Below, one piece after another: positions 53,712 to 64,000 of a stretch of DNA of 64,000 bases. Location of the stretch: assembly GCA_028534125.1 (NCBI GenBank), contig CM052816.1, positions 89,282,001-89,346,000 on the forward strand, read 5' to 3'. A program made the position numbers and the translations under genes. The stretch comes from Lama glama. Lineage: Eukaryota. The notes beneath the pieces were generated by a model that saw nothing but the letters and a program-made list of their open reading frames with translations, was not told the origin of the DNA and did no database searches. The stretch's first letter is position 1. Each line of letters begins with the position of its first letter.

Positions 53712-54005
53712 TGTGACTATGGAAGTTTTAAAATATATCTGAAAATGCTTTGACATTCTTTTTAAGAGATGATTCTAAACTGGCTTTGGTGACTCATTCT
53801 GTTTTGGTTCCATGCTGGCCTCAGTGACTCAGTCTTAATTCTAAGGTGGCTTCAGTGACTCACTGATGATTAACAGAAAGCTGTGTGACTTTTGAGGCCA
53901 GGTCAGCAGAAGTCATGCAGTTTCCTCCTAGTTCTCTTGAGATACTCACTCTGGGAGAAGCCAGGGACCATATAAGAAGGCTGAGTACCTGAGACCACTT
54001 TTGCA
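53712..54005 (+). mobile_element. MaLR LTR 5' part (MLT1E-G like)
   Basis: ctttgacattc...ctgtgtgacttttgaggccaggtca...tactcactctgggagaagccagggaccatataagaag...cctgagaccac. Confidence 0.75.
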
Positions 54006-54559
54006 AGGTTCTAGATAATCATGTGCCCACCTAAAACCCAGGAAATAACATCATTAAAAGGAAGAAGTAGGAAGGATTCTCTTAAGTCCTTTTTTGTACT
54101 TATTAGTCTCCTGGATATTTTCACTTTGCTTTTGTGAAGTTCTTTAGGTTCAGCGTGTTCTGATATAAACTCACAGTACTCTAAAAATGTTTTCATGGTT
54201 ATTTATGAAATATTATGCATATTACTCACCTACTACATGCCAGAAACTTTGCTAAATATACAGTAAACTTTATGTTCCTCAACTTGAAGGAATGATCTGT
54301 CCCTCTTGGAGCCTGATGGTGCCCCATACAACTCTTCATCTGCTTTCTCTCGCTCATCTTATTACAGCATGTTTTCCATGAAGGCTCCGTGTCTAATTAA
54401 TCAGTGGGATTCTCACAGCTCAGTGCCTGACCCAAGGAAAGAAACTCAGTAGATAATCAGAGATTTCACTTGGGAAAGTGCTTAGAAATGGACTCTGCCA
54501 TTCCTGTAAGCATCAAATGCAGGGCCAGCTGGGGCAGAAATTATTTCTGTTGCAAGTGC

Positions 54560-55050
54560 AACTGGATGCCATTTGAGCATTGCTTTAATAGCCAAAACAT
54601 TGAAACAATCTAAGACAAAGAAAGCAGGATGAATAAAATCTTGTCTGGTGCAGTGCTATGTAACAGTCTTCTCATATTGAAGTTAATGTCAAAGGATCTG
54701 ATTTACATGTCTCAACAAGATCAACTGTCAGAAAATAATGTTAACTGAAAACTAGTTACAGGAAGCTACATGGAGAATGATGTCTTTTTAATAAAGAAGT
54801 TTGAGCACAGGACAAAAACATGCATTTTCTTATGGATACAGATGTATCCATAAAAAGCATAAAACATTCATAGAATGTTGAACATAGTTACATTCAGGAA
54901 GTATAAATTAATCTTAAAAACGTTTACAAATGTATATGGTAAAACATTTCTTTTGTTAAAATTGGGCAGCAGATTCAAAGATGATGGTTATATTATTGTT
55001 CACACTGTTCTATGTATTTATGGTATTTTACAATGTAAAATTAAGTAAAC
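54560..55050 (+). mobile_element. Ancient L1 3' remnant (L1ME-like)
   Basis: gcattgctttaatagccaaaacattgaaacaatctaa...aataatgttaactgaaaa. Confidence 0.55.
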
Positions 55051-57554
55051 ATAAGAACATATTTTTAACTAAGCACATTTTATATATAGTATATAATATA
55101 TATAATTCTAAAGCCATTGTTTATATAATATTATATAACCTATATGCAGTTTACGTATCTTGACAGATTTTTAAATACATGAAATCAGTTTCAATATATA
55201 TTAACTCATGTTATATATAGTGAGATATATATATGAGTATAAAATATAATATGCATTATATATTGTATATAAATTAATTATATATCCATATATAGTTGCA
55301 ATTAATAGTTTGAATTGCAGAAAGAAATACACATTGAAGAGAGATATTTGGTTAATAAGAATGTATACAGAACATTTCTTAGAGGTCTAAAATAGCTCGA
55401 AATATCACAAAGTATGTTTTGAAAACCACTAGTGATGTGACATGCTACACACATATATGCGGATGTATGGTTATGTCTGCAAATAATTGAGGGAAATATT
55501 TCATTATATTTTATTCTCTTGATCTCCCAAAGTTATAAGCATCATCTCATGCCCTCTGTCTTGTCAAGTAGCATATGAATTCACTCTGTCCCCCAAGATC
55601 AAAACATTCATTGATTTACAAACATTTCATCATAATGTACTAAATGTAGACATTTAGCTCTTAAGGTAACTTTATGTAATAAATTTTCCCCAAATCTATT
55701 GATCAAAGGACACTTTTTCTGCTAAACTATTATCTAAAAACAGTTTAACCTGAATTGAATCCATCTTTAACCTTGACTGAATAAAATGACCCTATGAAAT
55801 GCTTAAATATAAAATATTTTAAATTGGCACTGTACATTGTGTGATTAGTGCTGAAGAAGTATAAAATAGCTCTAAATCCACAAAACCTGTCAATTACAGC
55901 TGACGTGACTCCCTAAACATCTGAATTTCTATTGCCCATCTACACATGAGTTTATTGTTAGAATTTGTAAGGTGAATTCTCAGCTTGTAGAGAATGAAAA
56001 TAATTACATATCCAGATGATTCCTAATTACTGTCTGTAGTATAAATTTTGGAAATATACTTTAAAAAATGTGTACTCTTTTAAACATAGTTTTTTAGTGT
56101 ATATTTTCTCCATTTAAACATATTATAATCTTTAGAAAACATAGGCTATGCATTTAAAAAAAACATAGATATGTTTTAAAAAGTTACAGTGTTATACATA
56201 TGACACATAATTAAAATTTAATGAATATTGAATGAGTAAATGAATAAGCTTTTTGAGTACAACCCTCAAAATATAATAAATTTTTACTCATCTATAAAAT
56301 GAAGAAAATAATAGCTATCTATATGATTTCTGAATAAAAAGGTAACAGGATTGTATCTGGCAAAGAGTAGGCACTCAAATAGTACAGAATATTTTAATGT
56401 TAATAATGTATAAATAATTTAACATGCATGAAAGGTACATTATGCACAAAGAACTCCTAGCATTCTCAAGTCTTCCAGTAAATGTCTTCCAGCCTTATAA
56501 AATTCAAGTAGATTTTAATTATTTGTATTCCATGTCATGATATTATGCAATGTGTCAAGGTAATCATGGTACGTAGAGATAAGACTTTCGCAGGCTTCCA
56601 CCAATGAAACAGAACTGTTCCTAAAAGCATGTGGAGAGGGGCAGAGGAAAAGGAGCAGAAATGACAGAACTGAACGTAGTCCTGTCTGGTAAATGAGCTT
56701 TCCTTGATGAAAGAAATGTTTGGCTTCATCATCCAGAAATTCCTCATTGCAGCAGTGTTAAGTTTGGAATGTAAGAGCAATAGCCAGTACACGTGGGTTA
56801 CTGTAGAATGTGGTTATTTAAAATCTAATCATGGCCCCCTCTTCACTCTTGCTGCTTTGAAAATTGAAGATGCCTAATATAATATGTAGATATATGAGTT
56901 TTATAAATGTTAATTTATGTCTTTCATGATTTCATTTTGTCTGGTCCATTCTTTCTACATCTGTATCTCTATGCAACCCATTTCAGAGAGGTTAAGAGAC
57001 TTCTTATCTTTGTGTCTTACTAACAAATGGTGGAGTCAGGATGTGGACAGAAGCCTATCGGATTCTCAGTTTCATGTTCTTTCCACTGCTGACTCCTGCC
57101 TTCGTGTTACGTATGGGAGTGAGCAGATTAATTTATAATTCTGGTGCATGAACCAGCAAAACCTTTCAAAAGGTTTTATCAAGATTTGTCCCTACTAATT
57201 AGGCAGAAACAGAGTTGATGGAGCTTGGAGCAGCCAAGAACTTTTACCTAAAGGATTTGATGTTTGTGAATCAGATGTGACATTCAAAAGTCTCACAAAA
57301 TACTAAACTACTCCCAAGAGTAGAGAGGCATTTAGTGAAATTAAATATTTTATACAAACAAATATTGATATATTATTTCTATATGTGGGCAACACAACAT
57401 AAAAATCTGTTCTTCTAAAGCTTTCTTGATATCTGAGTAACGGTTGAAGTTATAGGAAGGTTCACTCTGTCTTCTTCAGCAGTTTTATCAGAACTAGGAG
57501 AAAAATCATTTATGTCACTAGGAATGGAGTTTGGCCAAGCACACCTAGCGGTTA

Positions 57555-57720
57555 GGTAGAATTGTTTTCATCCTCATTTTACCGTGGAGGAAACTGAGTC
57601 ACAGAGAGGTTAAGTAACTTATAACAGATCACAGGACAAGTAAGTATAAATATCTAATGAAAACTCAGAACTTGTGCCACCAAAACTAGGCTCTTGACCT
57701 TCATTCTGCTGTTTCCTCTG
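57555..57720 (-). mobile_element. MIR
   Basis: catcctcattttaccgtggaggaaactgagtcacagagaggttaagtaactt is the MIR core. A second, weaker MIR lies at ~56975-57100. Confidence 0.8.
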
Positions 57721-58624
57721 CTTAGTGTAATATAATCTTAAGAAAATGCATAAATTTTTATTGCATAATTTGGATTTGCTTCTTTCTGCATCATAATTCA
57801 CTAACCTAGGCTATACCACATAGAAAGTCTGTTTTGTCCTCACTCACCTCTGTGGGGTGGTGGGAGGAGGTGGTCTTTTATTTTTGCATTTATATGTCCT
57901 ATGCTAATCTAACAGTTGAATTGAAAATAGATTTTTAGGCCGGAATTATTTTCTTTGCAGAATATAATTTAGCTCATTTTAAAGATAAAGAGAAAAATAT
58001 TTGCTTGATAGTTGAGGTCTGGTATCTGTGTACAGTAGTGAAGGAAGCCTTAGACATAGTGAGGAAATGAAGAAAATATCAGAAAACCACAGATGTGAAA
58101 AACTTAATGCTGCCTCTCACTTTTCATTTAAAATGAAAGATTGCCACCCTTCTTTCTCTGCTCCTATTGTGTTTTCCATTTTCGCCTACAGTTCTCTCTG
58201 GACTCAGTCTATTGTGAGTTTTTAATTTATATCTTACCAACTCTAATGTTAAAAAATATAAGGATTTCAAACTATAATCATTCTTCACTGTATAAGGCAA
58301 ACTATCTTAAAGCAGTTCAGTAAAACTTAATTTTATATGAGTAAAACATAAACAATCCCACAATTAGTTAAAATGCACTCATCAATCCCTTTGGCACTTA
58401 CATAGAGCCTTGTTTTAGAGAACTTTGGCAGTGCTTACATTATCTGTCTTTTTGTGACTTTCCTTGGTAATGATCATAATTAATTCTTCAAGAAAGTTCT
58501 GGTCATTGATACATTTCTCTTTTCCAATATCTTCTATAGGATGAATGATACCTATTTTTTGTTTTCATATGTAAATTTTAAAAACTTTTCCAACATGTGC
58601 CTTGCAATAATAATTTTTTGTATA

Positions 58625-59264
58625 TATATTTTTTATTGAAGTACAGTCAGTTTACAATGTTGTGTCAATTTCTAGTGTACAGCATAATACTTCAATCATA
58701 TGTGAACATACATGTATTCATTTTCATATTCTTTTTCACCATAAGTTATTACAAGATATCAAATATAGTTCCCTGTGCTATACAGTATAAACTTCTTGTT
58801 TATCTATTTTTATATATATATATATATATATATTAGTCAGTATCTGCAAATCTCAAACTCCCAGTTTATCCCTTCCCACACCCTTCCGTGCTGGTAACCA
58901 TGTTTGTTTTCTATGTCTGTGAATTATTTCCGTTTTGTAAATAAGTTTGTCTTTGATTTTTTTTAGATTCCACATATAAGTGATATCATATGGTATTTTT
59001 CTTTCTCTTTCCGGCTTACTTCACTTAGAATGACATTCTCCAGGTCTATCCATGTTGCTGCAAATGGCATTATTTTATTTTTATGGCTGAGTAGTATTCC
59101 ATTGTATAAATGTACCACAACTTTTTTATTCAGTCCTCTGTCAATGGACATTTAGGTTGCTTCCATGTCTTGGCTATTGTAAATAGTGCTGCTATGAACA
59201 TTGGGGTGCATGTGTCTTTTTGAATTAAAGTTCCCTCTGGATATATGGCCATGAGTGGGATTGC
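58625..59264 (-). mobile_element. 5'-truncated young L1 (same family as 1012-1603)
   Basis: Minus translation IMPFAATWIDLENVILSEVSRKEKEKYHMISLICGI; colinear with the 1012-1603 copy. Confidence 0.92.
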
Positions 59265-60859
59265 ACACTTTTTATTTATAAGTTTTTTTTTCCTTCAAAA
59301 AGCATTTTGAGTCTTTGATTGGCTCAATATAATTTTACATCATTCAATGAGAAAAACACTCAACAGGCCTGATTTGATCACTTACAGCATTTATTCTCTT
59401 ATAAGTTGTACAAGTTTCTTCATTTGTGCCTTGACAGTTCCCATGACCAAACCTTTGTCCAAATTGAATATGATAGTTTACTTGAAAGTAACTATAACCC
59501 CTATTTTAATTTAGGAGGCATTATTAACAATCTAAAAAAATTGTGGCCATTTAGAAATAAACTTCAAAGAAAGAGTTTACAATAAAGTGAGAAAAACATA
59601 GATAAGTTTGTCTCCAGTGAATCTGCAGCTGGTGATGGAAAATCATTTCACTCTTCAGGGAGCCATTGAAGCAGTAATGAAAAAAGAATTGACATGAACC
59701 AGCCTGTGATGTTCTGCTATTTGGTAGGTTAGATAACCAAGACCAAAAAAAAAAGGTATCTACAAGCAGTATAAAAGATTTCCAGCATGTATTTTTTTAA
59801 TTTGTAAATTAAACAGATATATTTAAATATGTTGTGAAAATTAATGTAGGCGATAGATAGCAGAATTTAATGTACTGATAAAATCAAAACAAATATAGCT
59901 CATGAAAATGAGGCACTCGATTTACGAAGAATGGGGATGTTGCATCATGAAACATAACTGGCATAAGAAGGATTTATTGTTACTTTTTACTGACAAGAAA
60001 ACACATAGATATTGTTTTATACAATTAGGCTTAAGACTTAATACAGCAAGTGAGTTTGGCATCTGAACCTATACTCAGTTACGTGAGGAAAATGTTCTGT
60101 GTTTGTGGAAGTGCAGGTGACCCATGAAAGCCTGGATGACTTTGATTGACTGTTAAAAATAAAAACAGTTGTGTGTTGACGATTAGGAGGCAGATGATGA
60201 TAATGATGGTGGTGATGATATTTACTAGATAGTAGAGAGACGATACCTGGGGACGTGAATGAAGGATGCCTTATACGTAGCAATGAAATGCAGCTCATTT
60301 ACCTTCCTAGCTTGGTGATTCTGCAGGAGCAGATTCAGCTAATTTCAGCTGATTCACAATTCCACTATACAGGAGCAAAGGTTTCCAGTTTCCAGTTGCT
60401 GGGAACAGAAGAATTAAAAGAAATTTTAGGTGTTGTGGTTAAGGCACAGATGGAGACATGAAACCTTATCCTCCTGATCTTACTTTCAAATGTCAAAGGC
60501 CCAGTTCAAAAGTTCCTTCGTGGAGGGAGATCATTGTATCAGACTAAACAGATACTTCCAATTGCCACCACTTAATCTAGGAAGCAGCCAAGAAGGTTAC
60601 ATTTAAGAGTGCAATAAGATTACATGAGAAGAGGCATTAACAGTTACCTCCTAAATCTTCCCCAAGAATGCCTGAGTTCTTGGCATATATATATAATACA
60701 TAAGTTGCCACTATTATATGACAGAATCTATCTATCAGTACGCTGTGCACAGAAATAAACTTTGCAGTCTATGTCATATCGTGAGGCAGAAGAACTTGAG
60801 TTTTGAGATCAGACAAAATGTTCAGTTCTAGGAGCCACACGGTGTTGGCTATACGATGA

Positions 60860-61280
60860 TGAGGACAGGCTGCTAGTTGTACCCTAATGTCTCATCGTTC
60901 GTTGCACATTTCAGTTATGTAAACATCCCTCTTACGTGACTGCCAGCTAAGGAACACCTTATTCAGCATCCTTGTATGGCCATGATTAAGTTTTAGCAAA
61001 TTGGATGTTAGTATGAGTGGAAGCTTGCAGCTTTCCCACAGGCTCTTAAAAAAGGAAACTGCATGCATGTTTCCCAGTACCTTCTGCCCTGCCCGCACCC
61101 CCTTGGCTGGGACATGCAAAAGTAGGAATGAGAATTTTGGACCCAGACGTGGAATTGAGGATGGCAGAGTTGCCATGCTAGAAATAGATTGCTTACCTCT
61201 GGACACAATAATTGAGAAAGAATTATTCTCATATTACATTTCACCTCTATTTGTTGCAGTAACTTATTGTCTACTTAAAA
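60860..61280 (+). mobile_element. Old LTR (LTR33/MLT1-like), apparently within a MIR
   Basis: tatggccatgattaagttttagcaaattggatgt...gaggatggcagag...ttacctctggac. MIR-like sequence at ~60790-60860 and ~61285-61380. Confidence 0.5.
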
Positions 61281-62399
61281 CAATAACGTTAAGCAAGTTT
61301 CTTAATCTCTCTGATGTTAGGGTCTCTCATTAGAAAAAAAGAAGGTGAAACCAAATTTGTAGTGGTGGTGTGATAATTAAAATAACCAAAGGGATTATTC
61401 AACTTCTTTTTAGTGATACTATCCTGTGAAAGTTAAGGTTTTGGATTTTGGTGTTGTAGAGTCCTGTGTGTGTGTGTCTGTCTTAGCTATTTATTTTTTG
61501 TCCTATCTGGGTCAGATTAACTTTCCCTAGCCTCAGTTTCCCCTCTATTAAATGGTATAATTCCTACCTCATACAATGAATTGTTAAAGTATGCTCACAT
61601 ATATGAACTTATTGTAAAAAATGAAAATTTAATATTTTTTTTTCTAGCCAAAAGAGAACATCTTTTGTTTGGGCAGAGATAAAATTTTTGAAAAAGGTAT
61701 TGAATATGCTTCCGGCCCAGTAGAAGACAGCCTTGAGTCGAGCAGAAAGAGGCAGAGCTTTACATAATACATTTAGAAGAAGAAACAGGAGTTGGGCTAT
61801 TCGCTAAAATCCACTGGCCTGAGATGAGATACCCTTAAGAGAAGATGGTACCCTGTTGGCTACAGGGTCCACGAAAGACTTACAGAGAACAGAGGGAAAA
61901 AAAAATTTTTTTCTGTTTTGTGGTATGGACTGTCTTCTGGGTATCCATTCAGAAGTGCTTGTAAGTTTGACTGTACACTAATGGCAGGTGATTCCTGAGA
62001 CCTGCTTTAAGACTGGCACAGAGTAAAACCAGAGGTTATCTATGCAGAGACAGTGTCATCTAGGTTCAACTATCAATAAAAATACCTTAACACTACTTAT
62101 TTCAGAATCTGGAATAGTAGTTACTCAAAAAATACCTACTAGTTTTGTACTATTTTATTTATTTTTAAGTATGACTAGTTTATGTGAACCTAGATTTGGT
62201 CTCTATGTTCACTGCCATGTGCCTGGAACACAGGTGACTACAGAGAACACTTAATAATATTTCTGAATGAATAAGAAATGAGTGAATTATTAAATATATG
62301 ATTAAGTGAATGAAAGATTGGGCAGATGATGACTGATTAAATAATGGACGGATGGATGATTATCAAGATGTAGTTTATTTAGTTTCTTGAACATGAGAA

Positions 62400-64000
62400 A
62401 TTTATGGCCTCATTATTGTTCTTTTGCATTTTGTCAGGGTATAAGGGACATGTAATAAACACAAACATGTGGTTTTATAAGATTTGTTATACATATAGAC
62501 AATCAAAAAGGTCACGGTATCCACCATCCCAAAATTTTCCTGATGCCCCTTAGAAACCTGTCTCATCTGCTCCATCTGTTTTTATAGATAGGTTGGATTT
62601 CCCAGTGTTTGGAATAAATGGCATCAGGAAGAAAGTGCTCTATTTTGTCTACCTTCTTTTAATTATTTTGAGATTTACCCATGTTATATATTACATAAAC
62701 AGTTGTGGTTTTTTGTGTGTTTGATTTTTGCTACAAACTATTCTACAGTGTGTATTTGTCAAGATGTGCTTATCCATCTGCCTGTTAACGGAGAGAGATG
62801 ACCTATTTCATCGTTTTGGCTATAACAAAGAAACTGCTAAGAACATTTGGGGATAGCTTTTTATATGAACACATGCTTTCCTTTCTCTTGAAAAAATATG
62901 TAGGAGTGTACTGCTGGATCATACAGTAGCTATATGTAAATGTTTCTGAGAAATGGGCCACTGTACCATTTTACATTCTCACCAGTAGTGTAGGTGAATC
63001 CTCGTGCTCCTTCACATCCTTGCCAACATTTGGCATGGTCAATCCTTATTATTATTATAAACGTCTGTTGTGGTATCTCAGGGCATTTTTAGTTGAATTT
63101 CCCTAATGACTCATTATCTTGAGTGTTCTTCCTTGTGCTTATATTCCGTCTTCTCTGGTCAAATATTTTACCCATATATTTTACTGAGTTGTTTTTTATT
63201 ATTGATTTGGTTTCTTAAATATTCTGGAGAAAAATCATTTATGTCTTATATGTCATAGATGTAATTTCACCCAGTGTACAACTTGTCCTTTCATTCCCTT
63301 AACAAAACTATCCAAAGAGCAAATTTTAAAACTTTGATGAATTCCAATTTATCAATGTTCTCCTGAATAGATCGTGCTTTTAGTATTACATCAAAAAGCA
63401 AACAAACAAAAACAACCAAAAAAAACCTTTTTTGCCTAACTCAAGGTCACAAAGTTTTTAAATATTGTTCCCAAAGTTTTACAGTTTTAGTTGCACTATT
63501 AATACTATGGTCCGTTTTGAGTTAATTTGTTTATATATGGGCATTATAGAAGGAAGTTTACTTAAATATGCATGTATATCAATAGTTCCCACTTCAGTTG
63601 CTGAAAAGAGTGTCAATTTTCCCCTGCGTTGCCTTTGTGTATTTGTTGAAAAATCATTTGGCCATGGATGTATGGGTGTATGCAGGGACTCACTATTGTT
63701 TTTCAGTAGTGTATCTATCTATCTTTGTGCAATACCGCACTGTCTTGAATACTAAACTTTCATAAATAGTCTTGAAATGGTGTAGGGTTCATCCTCCAAA
63801 ATCATTTTTTTTCTTTTTCAGTATGATTTTAGCTGTCCTTGGTTCTTTTATTACCATTTGAAATTTAGAATTCTGTTGTTGGTTTAGAGAAAATAAAAGC
63901 CTACTGGTGTTTTGAATGAGATGATGTTAAACCTATGGATTAGTTTTGGAGACTAGGCATCTTAAAAATATTGACTTTTCTGATCCATATACAGTTATTT
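62400..64000 (-). mobile_element. Old L1 3' region, continuing past the window end
   Basis: taggagtgtactgctggatcatacagtag, ctgtaccattttacattctcaccagtagtgta, tttgcctaactcaaggtcacaaag and similar motifs. Confidence 0.8.

Noticed and set aside
11898..64000. Further CDH18 coding exons or a nested gene
   Set aside because: No cadherin motifs (LDRE, DxNDN) in the ORF track and none noticed on reading; remaining ORFs are short, low-complexity or repeat-derived. Small non-coding exons cannot be excluded.

Overview
AT-rich mammalian genomic DNA, probably from a camelid (a Vic-1-like tRNA-derived SINE and a recurring young L1 3' end; species is inferred). The window lies inside the type II cadherin gene CDH18 on the + strand. 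It contains one exon (11414-11897): 256 nt of 5'UTR plus 76 codons for signal peptide, short propeptide, RPKR cleavage site and the start of EC1. The rest is intron filled with L1, L2, MIR, LTR and hAT remnants, plus a 500-N assembly gap. I found no evidence of a new multi-gene system. The strongest observations are a dense array of seven upstream ATGs in the CDH18 leader, multi-level nested insertions with readable TSDs, a clean 708-bp ERV2-like solo LTR, an inverted L1 ORF2 fragment, a ~174-bp fold-back palindrome and a triplicated AP-1 motif. Repeat family names come from recalled consensus sequences, not a database search, and boundaries of old repeats are approximate.
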